Shown here: one piece after another, positions 1-10,662 of the stretch
How positions within the stretch are numbered: position 1 is the first letter of the stretch
How the letters are laid out: every line of letters starts with the position of its first letter
Origin: Chloroflexota bacterium
Lineage (GTDB): Bacteria > Chloroflexota > Dehalococcoidia > UBA2979
Direction of reading: 5' to 3'
Assembly (NCBI GenBank): GCA_947499615.1
Contig: CANMOP010000009.1
Coordinates: 7,993 to 71,992 of the forward strand
DNA length: 64,000 nucleotides
Notes under the pieces: model-generated
Seen by the model: only the letters and a program-made list of their open reading frames with translations
Told to the model about the DNA's origin: nothing
Databases searched by the model: none
Program-made: the position numbers and the translations under genes

Positions 1-292
1 AGCGACGCCCTGCGATGTCCAACCCGGAGGCGGACAGCGCGCCTGCGAGTTTGTCCCCGCCTCGGCTGGCGTATGCGGCGGGCTGACGCACGACCACGTT
101 GGCGTCGGACGCCACGGGCGCGGCCGGCCGAGTAGCGGGCATACCGTCCACCAGCACGTCGCGAGCCATGATCAGGGCGTGCGCCCGCTCCCGGCTGGGG
201 ACGAGCCCGCGCTCAACCATGAGCAGATCCAGGCGCTGCCGCGTAGGACGCGGCCCCGGAGTCTGTCGAGGTGCGGTAGGTATGGTGGACAT
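1..292 (-). CDS. tlyA: TlyA-family rRNA 2'-O-methyltransferase, N-terminal part only (gene runs off the window start)
   Basis: Own minus-strand translation from the ATG at 292-290 gives MSTIPTAPRQTPGPRPTRQRLDLLMVERGLVPSRERAHALIMARDVLVDGMPATRPAAPV... This is the S4-like N-terminus typical of TlyA. It is absent from the ORF track because the window edge cuts it. Confidence 0.7.
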   Translation of the reverse strand, partial: MSTIPTAPRQTPGPRPTRQRLDLLMVERGLVPSRERAHALIMARDVLVDGMPATRPAAPVASDANVVVRQPAAYASRGGDKLAGALSASGLDIAGRR

Positions 293-335
293 CACCAGCG
301 AGGATAGCATCGCGGCGCGTCAGCGCACGGGCGCG

Positions 336-1637
<1,302 letters not shown>

Positions 1638-1687
1638 GAGACCCGGCCCCCCTCGTCGGCGCGTGCTCAGCCGCCGACGTCCGCTAT

Positions 1688-2314
1688 CTACCGGCTGGCC
1701 GACTCCGGGATACGGCCGAGGATTTCATCCACGAAACCGTAGTCCTTCGCCTGCTCTGCGCTCATGTAGAAGTCGCGGTCGAAGTCCCGCGTGATTCGCT
1801 CAATGGTCTGTCCGGTGTTCGTGGCGATGATGCCGCGAATGATCTCGTTGTTGCGCAGGATCTCCCGCGCCGCAATCTCGATGTCGGACGCCTGCCCGCG
1901 AGCACCACCCAGCGCCTGGTGCATGTGCACGGTGGCGTTCGGCAGCGCATACCGCTTGCCTCGCGCGCCCGAGCAGAGCAGCACGGAGGCCATCGACGCA
2001 GTGGAACCGACGGCGATCGTGGAAACGTCAGCGCGGATCAGGTTCATGGTGTCGTAGATCGCCAGTCCGGCGCTGATCACGCCACCCGGGGAGTGCACGT
2101 ACATGCTGATGTCCCGATCCGGCTCTTCCCGGTCCAGGTACAGCAGTTGCGCGACAATCGTGTTCGCAACCTGGTCGTCGATGGCAGTACCCAGGAAGAT
2201 GATCCGCTCCTTGAGCAGCAACGAGTAGATGTCGTACGCCCGCTCACCTCGAGCAGTCGTCTCAATGACCATCGGCACAATATTCTGTGGCGCGAGCCAG
2301 TCGCTGTTCGGCAT
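1688..2314 (-). CDS. clpP: ATP-dependent Clp protease proteolytic subunit ClpP
   Basis: 208-aa ORF containing [22 protein letters not shown] and a Ser/His active-site context ([20 protein letters not shown]). Conserved tig-clpP-clpX neighbourhood. Confidence 0.97.
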   Translation of the reverse strand: MPNSDWLAPQNIVPMVIETTARGERAYDIYSLLLKERIIFLGTAIDDQVANTIVAQLLYLDREEPDRDISMYVHSPGGVISAGLAIYDTMNLIRADVSTIAVGSTASMASVLLCSGARGKRYALPNATVHMHQALGGARGQASDIEIAAREILRNNEIIRGIIATNTGQTIERITRDFDRDFYMSAEQAKDYGFVDEILGRIPESASR

Positions 2315-2409
2315 TACCCTGTCCCCACCCCTCTGTATCCCTACACGCGTGTCCTGCGAGGTTGCTCAGCCGACCTCGCTGCATCCACCAAGATTATGTC
2401 GATCTCTGA

Positions 2410-3903
2410 CTACGCCTCAGAACCGGCCGCGGGCGACGTCCCCGCGCCCTCAGTGTCGGCAGTAGAAGCGCCGGAGACGATAGCAGCATCGGCGTCCTCG
2501 CCGCCCTCGGCCTCGGTTGCATCGTCGCCTTCGGCGCGCGCACCACGGCGGCGGCGGCTGCCGCGCGCTCGAGGCTCCTCGCCTTCGCCCTCGGGCTGAC
2601 TCGCTATCTCGACCAGGCGACCGAGCGTCGCAGTCGTAAGCATCTGGTTGCGAATCGAAGCGCGGTAGTCCGGCGTGTCGAACATCTGCCGGAATGCCGC
2701 CTTCTGCTCCTCGGGCATCTCGCCACGCGAGGCACCGATGAACTGATCCATGCCACGATCGATCTCGGCCTCGATCTCGTCTTCCTCGACGGTGAGGCCT
2801 TCGCCCATCGCCAGTTCGCCGAGCACCAGAGCGCGCTTCACCGCCAGGTCAGCCCGCGGGTGGAGTTCCTCGCGTACCTCCAGCTCGGTGCGGCCGATCT
2901 GCTGGAGCCATTGCTCCAACTGCTCCGGGGTGTGCGAGGCGTGATCCGACTGCTGGTCGACCATGCGGTCGACCTCACGCTCCACCAGCAGCTCGGGGTA
3001 ATCGAGTTCCGAGTTCGCCAGCAACAGATCTAGGACTTCCTCCTGATACGCCGTGACGCCCGAGGCTTCCGCCTGGGCCCGTACGTTGCGCTCCATGCGC
3101 TCGCGCAACTGCTCGACGGTCTCGAGCTCGGCGTCGTCCAAGGACTTCACGAAGGCGTCGTCCAGATCCGGCAGGATCTCCTGCTTCACCTCGTGCACGG
3201 TCACCGAGTAGTGGGCGGTCTTCCCGGCGAGGTCGGCCGCGATGAAGTCCTCGGGCAGCGCGAACTCAATGGCGTACGGTCCGCCGCGCGCCAACCCGAT
3301 GAGGTGATCGAGGAAGCCCGGCAAGGAGACGGTGCTGCCCTGCAGCACGCCGAACTCCGCGTCCTCTTCCTTGTGCTCTTCCTCTTGGCCGTCGACGGTC
3401 ACGGTCACGTCGGCCCGCACCGTGTCGCCCCACTCGATCGCCCGGTCCACCGGGTCGAGGGTCGCGAAACGTCGGCGAAGGTTCGTGATCGCCTCTTCGA
3501 TCTGCTCCTGAGCGACGGTTACCTCGGTGCGCGGGACGCGCAGGGCGGAGTAGTCCTTCAGGTCAACGGTCGGACGAACCGGAACCGTGGCGGAAACCAC
3601 CAGCGGCTCCATCGACTTGAGGTCGAAGGCCGGCTGCCCGATCGCGTCGATCTTCTGTTCCGCAATCACCTCGCTGTAGGCGTCTGGGAGCAGCAGCTCC
3701 AGCGCCTCCTGAATCAGCGCCGGCCGCCCAAGAGTCCGCTCCACGATCTGGCGCGGTGCCTTGCCGGGACGAAAGCCGGGTATGCGGACGCGCTGCGCGA
3801 GCCGGCGCGATGCCTTCTCCATAAACGTCTCGAGTCGGTCGTCTTCGACCTCTATCTCGAGCAATACCTGTGATCGCGGAAGACGTTCGGTCGTCACACC
3901 CAC
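2410..3903 (-). CDS. tig: Trigger factor (ribosome-associated PPIase chaperone) with an acidic C-terminal tail
   Basis: 497-aa ORF with a GTG start. The N-terminus carries the ribosome-binding signature IPGFRPGKAPRQIVE. The ORF lies upstream of clpP-clpX. Confidence 0.95.
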   Translation of the reverse strand: MGVTTERLPRSQVLLEIEVEDDRLETFMEKASRRLAQRVRIPGFRPGKAPRQIVERTLGRPALIQEALELLLPDAYSEVIAEQKIDAIGQPAFDLKSMEPLVVSATVPVRPTVDLKDYSALRVPRTEVTVAQEQIEEAITNLRRRFATLDPVDRAIEWGDTVRADVTVTVDGQEEEHKEEDAEFGVLQGSTVSLPGFLDHLIGLARGGPYAIEFALPEDFIAADLAGKTAHYSVTVHEVKQEILPDLDDAFVKSLDDAELETVEQLRERMERNVRAQAEASGVTAYQEEVLDLLLANSELDYPELLVEREVDRMVDQQSDHASHTPEQLEQWLQQIGRTELEVREELHPRADLAVKRALVLGELAMGEGLTVEEDEIEAEIDRGMDQFIGASRGEMPEEQKAAFRQMFDTPDYRASIRNQMLTTATLGRLVEIASQPEGEGEEPRARGSRRRRGARAEGDDATEAEGGEDADAAIVSGASTADTEGAGTSPAAGSEA

Positions 3904-4013
3904 CCGGAGCGCCCCCGTTCAGGCCATACCCTGCGCCGCTGTCATTTGTTGGAAATGAGTATAGCACGCGACCAATTCTCGGCCGCGAGATCGAAAACCC
4001 CGACTTTGTATTG

Positions 4014-4985
4014 CTATCTGCCGCGAATCACATCATTGATAGCGTCGCCGAGCAGTGCGAACGCGAAGAGCAGCGCGGAGACGCATAACCCCGGCACCAG
4101 CAGCAAGTGCGGGTGCTGCGCGAATGTGCGAGCACCCGACCCTTCGAAGATCATCGCACCGAACGAGGGGGTGGGCGGCTGCACGCCGACGCCGAACCAG
4201 GTCAGTGCCACCTCGGACCCCGCGACGGATCCCAGCGTCGCAGAGAGTTGCAGCACCACCAGGAACGCGACGTTCGGCAGCAGGTGCTGCCAGAGGATGT
4301 GGATGGTGCCCCCACCCAGCGCCTGCGCCGCCAGCACGAACTCGCGCTCCCGCAGTTGGAGCACCTGCGCTCGCACCAACCTCGCGGTGCCGACCCAGAA
4401 GAAGAGGGAAAGCACGCCGAAGACCGTGAGGTACGAGGAGAACGGACCGGCGATGCCGCCGAACGGCGTATGTTGCTCGACCCAGCCCCCGAATTGGATG
4501 ATCCGAGGCCCCAGAGCCGCGTTGACCAGAATCAGCATGGGGAGACCAGGCAGCGCCGAGAGCACCTCGCCCGCGCGCATGATCAGGTTGTCGACCCAGC
4601 CGCCGCGATACCCCGCCAGCAGGCCGAGGCCGTTGCCGATCAACAGCGATCCGGAGACCAGCACCGCCACGCTGACCACCAGGGTGGTACGCGCCGAGTA
4701 CAACGTCCGGCTGTACATATCGCGACCCAGCCGATCGGTTCCGAGCCAGTGCTCACGGCTCGGCCCCTCGAGGCCTCGATCCAAGTTCTGCTCGGTGAAC
4801 GAGTACGGAGCCAGCACCGGCGCGAGAATGCCGCCGCCGTAGATCACCGCGATCACGACGAGCGACAGCATCGCCAGTCGCTTCCGGCGCAGGCGCGACC
4901 AGAACAGCGACGACGGGCTGCGTGACGCCGACGCACCGGCGGCAGCGGGACCGGGGGCCATCGCCTCCGGGCTGGCGGTGGTCAC
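4014..4985 (-). CDS. ABC transporter permease (DppC/OppC-like)
   Basis: The C-terminal two thirds of the 555-aa ORF is permease-like (LAMLSLVVIAVIYGGGILAPVLAPYSF..HWLGTDRLGRDMYSR). The upstream part of that ORF overlaps the preceding permease out of frame. The likely start is the GTG at 4985, which overlaps the upstream stop as GTGA. An alternative ATG lies at 4961. Confidence 0.85.
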   Translation of the reverse strand: MTTASPEAMAPGPAAAGASASRSPSSLFWSRLRRKRLAMLSLVVIAVIYGGGILAPVLAPYSFTEQNLDRGLEGPSREHWLGTDRLGRDMYSRTLYSARTTLVVSVAVLVSGSLLIGNGLGLLAGYRGGWVDNLIMRAGEVLSALPGLPMLILVNAALGPRIIQFGGWVEQHTPFGGIAGPFSSYLTVFGVLSLFFWVGTARLVRAQVLQLREREFVLAAQALGGGTIHILWQHLLPNVAFLVVLQLSATLGSVAGSEVALTWFGVGVQPPTPSFGAMIFEGSGARTFAQHPHLLLVPGLCVSALLFAFALLGDAINDVIRGR

Positions 4986-5968
4986 GTGCGCGCCCCCGTC
5001 CCGAGGCGGATACGCGGGTCGATGCGCGCGTAGGCGAGGTCGGTGATCAGGTTCATGACGATGAAGAACATGCCCACGATCAACGTGGTGGCAAGGATCA
5101 CGTCGTAGTCTCGGCTCCGCACCGACTCGAAGGTGAACGAGCCGATACCGGGGATGCCAAGCAGCGTCTCCACGAAGTACGCGCCCGACAGGATGTCGGC
5201 GAGCGACAGCCCCACGACCGTCACCAGCGGCAGCAATGAGTTCGGTAGGACGTGTCGGAGCGCGACAGCGGACTCCGGCAGCCCCTTGGAGCGCGCCGTG
5301 CGCACGTAGTCCTCGGTCGACACTTGCAGCGCGGTCACGCGCACCAGCCGCGCGACGCCAGCGAAACCGGGAACGGTGAGCACCAGAAGCGGCAGATAGA
5401 GGTGCGGATCGGGGATCGGGATCGCGACGACGTCTCCAATCCACCAGATCGCGAAGAGCCCATCCCAACCGCCGACCGGAAGCAGGTTGAACTGAATCGC
5501 CAACAGCCACTGCAGCGGCGGCAGCACCACCAGTACCGGGATGGAGCTCAGGAACAGCAGTGCGGAGATGATGAACGGGTCCAACCATCTCCCCTGGAAC
5601 CACGCGGACATCAATCCGAGCGGAATCCCCACGGCGAAGACAATGACGATGGACAGGATGTTCAACTGCGCGGAGATCCACATCTTCGGCACCAGCAACT
5701 CGCGTACGGAGTAGCCGCGCTGGATGAAGGACTCACCGAAGTCACCACGCACCGCGCGGTTCACCCAGCGCAGGTACTGCTGGACCATCGGGCCGTCCAG
5801 CCCGCGTTCCTCGCGGATACGCTGGAGCACTTCCTGGTCGCGGATCTGGCCTGCCGCCACGGCCACCGGATCACCGGGGCCGAAGCGCGCGATTGCGAAC
5901 GTCAGGAACGAGACGATGAACAGCACGACCGGCATCCACATCAGCCGACGCACCACGTAGCCGGTCAT
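4982..5968 (-). CDS. ABC transporter permease (DppB/OppB-like)
   Basis: 328-aa ORF beginning MTGYVVRRLMWMPVVLFIVSFLTFAIARFGPGDP, the typical N-terminus of binding-protein-dependent permeases. It has multiple hydrophobic segments. Confidence 0.9.
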   Translation of the reverse strand: MTGYVVRRLMWMPVVLFIVSFLTFAIARFGPGDPVAVAAGQIRDQEVLQRIREERGLDGPMVQQYLRWVNRAVRGDFGESFIQRGYSVRELLVPKMWISAQLNILSIVIVFAVGIPLGLMSAWFQGRWLDPFIISALLFLSSIPVLVVLPPLQWLLAIQFNLLPVGGWDGLFAIWWIGDVVAIPIPDPHLYLPLLVLTVPGFAGVARLVRVTALQVSTEDYVRTARSKGLPESAVALRHVLPNSLLPLVTVVGLSLADILSGAYFVETLLGIPGIGSFTFESVRSRDYDVILATTLIVGMFFIVMNLITDLAYARIDPRIRLGTGART

Positions 5969-6026
5969 CGAGGGCGCCTCGTCATCGCTGCCGTCACGTG
6001 CATCGATCGATCGCCTTTCACGCCCC

Positions 6027-7655
6027 TCAGCGTTCCACCGTGACGAAGCGCAGGCGCGGAATCACCATCGGTGGGTTGAACCACCCCTTCACCGCGGCAC
6101 TCACCACCGTGTGCGACTGCGCGAAGTACAACGGCAGCCACGGCGCGTCGCTCAGCACCTGCGCCTCCACCTCCTGGTAGAGGCGGATGCGCTTCGCCGG
6201 GTCGCGTTCCACGCGGGCCTGCTCCAGCGCGAGGTCAACCTTCGGGTTGGAGTAGCGAATATCGTTCAACTGCGACTTCGAGTAGAACTTGAGGTCCAGG
6301 ACGTTCTCCGGATCCGGGTAGTCCATGATCCAGCCCGCGTTGAACATCTGCAGTTTCCCGGCGTCGGTGTCAGCGTAGAACGTGGCGGCATCCGTCTGGC
6401 GGATACGCACGTCGATGCCGAGTACCTGCTTCCACTGTTCGATGAACGCCTGGGTGTCGGTACGGCCTTCGGCGCCGCCACCGATCTCCGTGAACTCAAT
6501 GGGCGGCATCTTCCCTGCGTACTTGGAGGCGGCCAGCGCCTTCTTCGCCTCTGCAGGATTGAACGGCAGCGCCTTATCGGCCGGCGTAAACGCGGGCATT
6601 TCAGGCGGCAGGATGCCCGTCGCGGGCACCAGCATGCGGTTGAACGTCACGTCGGTGATCTTCGCGCGGTCAATCGCGAAGCCGAGCGCCCGCCGCACGT
6701 TCACGTCATCGAACGGTGGCACCGTGGTGTTGAACGCGATGTACGAGATCGAGAACTCGCCATCCACGTGGTACATCTTGTTCAGCGGGTTGTTGCGGTC
6801 ACGCACAGCATCGATGTCGTTGACGGAGATCGATGCGACGTCCAACTCCTTGTTCTGGAACCGCGTAAATGCGGAGCCGCCGGAGAAGGAATACACCGTC
6901 TGCGCGAGCTTCGGAACACCCGCGTAGAACTTGTCGTTCGCCTCAAGCACGATGCGCTCGCCCAGTCGCCATTCCTTGAGCTTGTACGGGCCAGTGCCGT
7001 TCGGCTGGCGCGTCCAGTTCTTCGGGTTCGCTTGCACCTGATCGCAATCCACCACGAACGCGGTCGGGAACGACAGCTTGGCGAGGAAGTACGGCTTCGC
7101 CGCGTCGATACTGATCTTGATGGTGCGCCGATCGACAACGTCGATGCCGCTCATCTGCTCGCTGGTGCCGCGGAACACCTCGGTGGCACCCAGGATGTCA
7201 TTGAGGTACGCGGACGCAGTGCTCGATCCGAGCTTCTTGGACGCAGCGCGCTCTATCGAGCACTTCACGTCCTTCGCCTCCACCTTGCGGCCATTGTGGA
7301 ATGTCGCGTTGTCGCGGAGCGTGAACGTGTAGGTTTTACCGTCCTCGCTGACTTTGTACGACTCTGCGAGGTCCGGCACGACGTTGAGCTTCGGATCGAT
7401 CGTCATCAGTCCACTGAAGACCTCAACGATGTACTCGGCGGAGCCGGAGTCTCCCGCGAGGTGTGGATCCATCGTGATCGGGTCACCACCCGAGAGCTGG
7501 AGCGCTCCCGAGGACGAGGTGCCGCCGCCGGCCTGCTGCCCGCCGCCGCTCGGTCCACCGTTGAGTAGCAGGACGGCAGAAAGGCCACCGACGATGAGCA
7601 CCAGCGCCGCGAGCACGCCAAGCAAGATCGCGAGCAGGCGGTTCTGACGACGCAT
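6027..7655 (-). CDS. ABC transporter substrate-binding protein, family 5 (peptide/nickel type)
   Basis: 542-aa ORF with an N-terminal membrane anchor or signal (LLAILLGVLAALVLIVGGL). The body is family-5 SBP-like, and the ORF heads the two permease genes. Confidence 0.9.
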   Translation of the reverse strand: MRRQNRLLAILLGVLAALVLIVGGLSAVLLLNGGPSGGGQQAGGGTSSSGALQLSGGDPITMDPHLAGDSGSAEYIVEVFSGLMTIDPKLNVVPDLAESYKVSEDGKTYTFTLRDNATFHNGRKVEAKDVKCSIERAASKKLGSSTASAYLNDILGATEVFRGTSEQMSGIDVVDRRTIKISIDAAKPYFLAKLSFPTAFVVDCDQVQANPKNWTRQPNGTGPYKLKEWRLGERIVLEANDKFYAGVPKLAQTVYSFSGGSAFTRFQNKELDVASISVNDIDAVRDRNNPLNKMYHVDGEFSISYIAFNTTVPPFDDVNVRRALGFAIDRAKITDVTFNRMLVPATGILPPEMPAFTPADKALPFNPAEAKKALAASKYAGKMPPIEFTEIGGGAEGRTDTQAFIEQWKQVLGIDVRIRQTDAATFYADTDAGKLQMFNAGWIMDYPDPENVLDLKFYSKSQLNDIRYSNPKVDLALEQARVERDPAKRIRLYQEVEAQVLSDAPWLPLYFAQSHTVVSAAVKGWFNPPMVIPRLRFVTVER

Positions 7656-7817
7656 TACGGGCTCCGCTCCGATATTCCGCTGTCGTTATACCTACGCCGC
7701 ATACCTATACCGCGGGAACGGGATCCCTGTGGTGCCGTTCCGGATGCGTCCCTGTTCCGGTATTCGCCGCACCCATCGTCATGGAGAACGGGGTGGAACC
7801 GGCCTCGGATTCGCGCA

Positions 7818-9620
7818 TCATAGCGCAGCCGCGGGCGCGACAACTGCGATGTGCACCTCGGCGAGCTGCGCGGCGCTGACGGGCGACGGTGCACCAGTCA
7901 TCGGGTCGGATGCCGACTTGGTCTTCGGGAACGCGATTACCTCGCGGATGTCGCGCTCGCCCGCGTAGAGGGCCACGGTGCGATCGATGCCGGGCGCCAT
8001 GCCGCCATGAGGCGGTGCGCCGAAAGCAAACGCCTCCAGCATGTGCCCGAACTTCTGTTCGGCCTCGGCATCCGACATGCCCAGCAGCGCCAGCACGCGA
8101 CTGAGCAGCGCTCGCTGGTGGATACGAATCGAGCCAGAGCTGATCTCCTGGCCGTTGCAGATCAGGTCGTAGGCGTGGGAGCGTACCGACCCGGGGTCGG
8201 ACTCCAGGCGGTCGACGTCCTCCGCGAATGGCGCGGTGAACAGGTGGTGCACCGCGCTCCACCGCGATTCGTTCTCGTCCCACTCGAACATCGGGAACTG
8301 CGTGATGAACGCGAACTCGAGGCGGCTCGGGTCGGCGAGCGCGCGATCCTCCGCGAGCTGGCGGCGCAGCACATCGAGCGCGCGCGAGGAGATTGCATCC
8401 CGATCGGCGACCGCCAACAGGAGGTCACCGCGACCCGCGCCCGCGGCCTGCGCCAGCGCGACGATCTGCTCTACGGTGAAGAAGCGCGCCACGGGTGACC
8501 GCACCTCATCGAGGGTGATCGCCTCGATCGGCCCCTCTCCGGTGAACGCCATCGTCACCAGACCCTGCGCCCCTGCCTCGCGCGCAAGTTCCGTCAGCGC
8601 GTCGATGCCACGGCGCGCGATGTCCGCGCCACCCGGCACCGCGATAGCGCGTACGCGCCCGCCAGCCTCGATCGCGCGCTTGAAGACCACGAACTCGCTC
8701 TCCCGCACCAGCGGGGACAGGTCGGCGATCTCCAGCTCATAGCGCAGGTCGGGCTTGTCCGAGCCGAACCGCTCCATCGACTCCCGATAGGTCATGCGTG
8801 GAAACGGCGATGGGAACGAATACTGCGGCGCAACGGCAGCCGTCATCGCGGTGTACAGCCCCTCGACGAGGTCGAGCACGTCGTCTTCCTCGACGAAGGA
8901 CATCTCGAGGTCGAGTTGCGTGAACTCGGGCTGGCGGTCGGCGCGCAGATCCTCGTCACGGTAGCAGCGCGCGATCTGGAAGTAGCGTTCGAGGCCCGCG
9001 ACCATCAGCAGCTGCTTCCACTGCTGTGGCGACTGCGGCAGCGCGTAGAACGAGCCGGGGTGCACCCGGCTGGGCACCAGATAGTCGCGCGCGCCCTCGG
9101 GCGTGGCGAGGTTGAGCACCGGCGTCTCTACCTCGATGAACTCGTGGCTGTCCATGAACTCGCGGATGAACTTCACCACGCGGTGGCGGAGCCGGAGATT
9201 GCCGGTCATGCGCTCGCGGCGGAGATAGAGGTAGCGATAGCGCAGCCGGGCAATCTCATCGACCGGTGTGTCCTGATTCACGGGGAACGGCGGTGTCTCG
9301 GCGGTGTTGAGCACCTCCAGGTGCGCGACCGCGACCTCCACAGCGCCCGTGGGCATCTCCGCGTTTTCCGTGCCGGGGCGGCGCGCTGCCACCTCACCAC
9401 GTACGAGGATCACGTACTCATTCCGCACGTCGGCGGCAACGGCGAAGGCCGCCGGTGCCTGCTCCGGGTGCAGCACCAATTGCACGATGCCGGATGCATC
9501 GCGCAGGTCGATGAACGCCAGTCCACCGTGGTCGCGCCGCCGGTGCACCCAGCCGACCAGCGTCACCTGCTGCCCGACGTGCTCCACGCGCAATTCCCCA
9601 CCGCGATGGCTTCGGATCAC
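7818..9620 (-). CDS. aspS: Aspartate--tRNA ligase
   Basis: 600-aa ORF with an OB-fold N-terminus (VGQQVTLVGWVHRRRDHGGLAFIDLRD) and class II motifs (FYALPQSPQ, QLDLEMSF, GGMAPGIDR). Confidence 0.97.
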   Translation of the reverse strand: MIRSHRGGELRVEHVGQQVTLVGWVHRRRDHGGLAFIDLRDASGIVQLVLHPEQAPAAFAVAADVRNEYVILVRGEVAARRPGTENAEMPTGAVEVAVAHLEVLNTAETPPFPVNQDTPVDEIARLRYRYLYLRRERMTGNLRLRHRVVKFIREFMDSHEFIEVETPVLNLATPEGARDYLVPSRVHPGSFYALPQSPQQWKQLLMVAGLERYFQIARCYRDEDLRADRQPEFTQLDLEMSFVEEDDVLDLVEGLYTAMTAAVAPQYSFPSPFPRMTYRESMERFGSDKPDLRYELEIADLSPLVRESEFVVFKRAIEAGGRVRAIAVPGGADIARRGIDALTELAREAGAQGLVTMAFTGEGPIEAITLDEVRSPVARFFTVEQIVALAQAAGAGRGDLLLAVADRDAISSRALDVLRRQLAEDRALADPSRLEFAFITQFPMFEWDENESRWSAVHHLFTAPFAEDVDRLESDPGSVRSHAYDLICNGQEISSGSIRIHQRALLSRVLALLGMSDAEAEQKFGHMLEAFAFGAPPHGGMAPGIDRTVALYAGERDIREVIAFPKTKSASDPMTGAPSPVSAAQLAEVHIAVVAPAAAL

Positions 9621-9712
9621 GGGTTCAACCCCTTACAAACTGCCCTCGAATGTGCCGAGTGTCGCATGGCACCGGAGGCCGGGCAACGCAGTGGGGCGGT
9701 AGCTCGCGCGGC

Positions 9713-10489
9713 TCAGACCCGCCGCGCCACGATGACGTCGCGATCGAGGTATTCGCCAAGCCCGCCGCCGGATGGGACGAAGCGGCCGCCGCACGTGATG
9801 AACGTCGCGCGCTCCTCGCCAGCCGACATCCCGGATGGCCAGATGATCTCCCCCATCGGGATGCGGCGTACATCGTAGCGAGTGTTCGAGATCACGAGGT
9901 AGCGCACGCGTGCCCCGTCCGAGAGGGTGACCTCCACCTCGTCACCATCGCGTGCGAGGTGCAGTGAGTAGAACGGCGCGTGTGTCCGGTTCCAGGTCTC
10001 GTGCGCGGCGAAGACCGTGTTCCCGCCATAGCCGGGGGTCGCGTACTCCGGATACCACCCGACGGCGTTCACCCCGTCCGATGGCGATTCCATCTGCCCA
10101 TTGACGACGCCCACACGCTCGATGCCGTGATCGACGCCGAGCCGTGGCATCGCGACCCGAGCCACACGCAGGCCCGGTGGCGGCCGGACGGGTGCGGGCG
10201 GCGCAACGGGAATCGAGGCGGGCGACCCTGCCGTCGACGGCGCGACAGCCTCCGGTGCCACAGCCGTCTCCCCCGAATCCGCGAGGCGTGCGAGGTGTGC
10301 ACCGGCAGCGGGCGCAGACAGGGGTGGCCGCACACCAGACGCCACCGCACTCGCCGTGAACGAGGCACCGACGACCAGCGCCGAAAGCGCGCCCGCCAGC
10401 ACCACGCGCCGTGGCACGCCGTCCAACGCGGTAAACAGGCATCGAGCGTGCCAATGCACCTCGGCGGGGAGGTTGATCGCGATGCGCAT
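9713..10489 (-). CDS. Sortase-family transpeptidase (class not assignable by eye)
   Basis: 258-aa ORF with an N-terminal hydrophobic anchor. Candidate catalytic residues are His in VFAAHETW, Cys in ATFITCGG and Arg in DVIVARR. The ORF is divergent from a gene that ends in a sorting signal. Confidence 0.8.
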   Translation of the reverse strand: MRIAINLPAEVHWHARCLFTALDGVPRRVVLAGALSALVVGASFTASAVASGVRPPLSAPAAGAHLARLADSGETAVAPEAVAPSTAGSPASIPVAPPAPVRPPPGLRVARVAMPRLGVDHGIERVGVVNGQMESPSDGVNAVGWYPEYATPGYGGNTVFAAHETWNRTHAPFYSLHLARDGDEVEVTLSDGARVRYLVISNTRYDVRRIPMGEIIWPSGMSAGEERATFITCGGRFVPSGGGLGEYLDRDVIVARRV

Positions 10490-10662
10490 GCAGGAATCCT
10501 GACCGCCCGCCGAGGGTGGTGCTCGGAGTGTTCCCCGGAGTTACCGGCAGGCCGTCCACACTTCCGCCACGCACGGATGGCGTGAAACGCGGCGGGGAGT
10601 ATTCTGCGGCTTATCCCGTTGCCACCCGGCCGGGAGAGAATGAGAGAGAGGGACACCCCGGG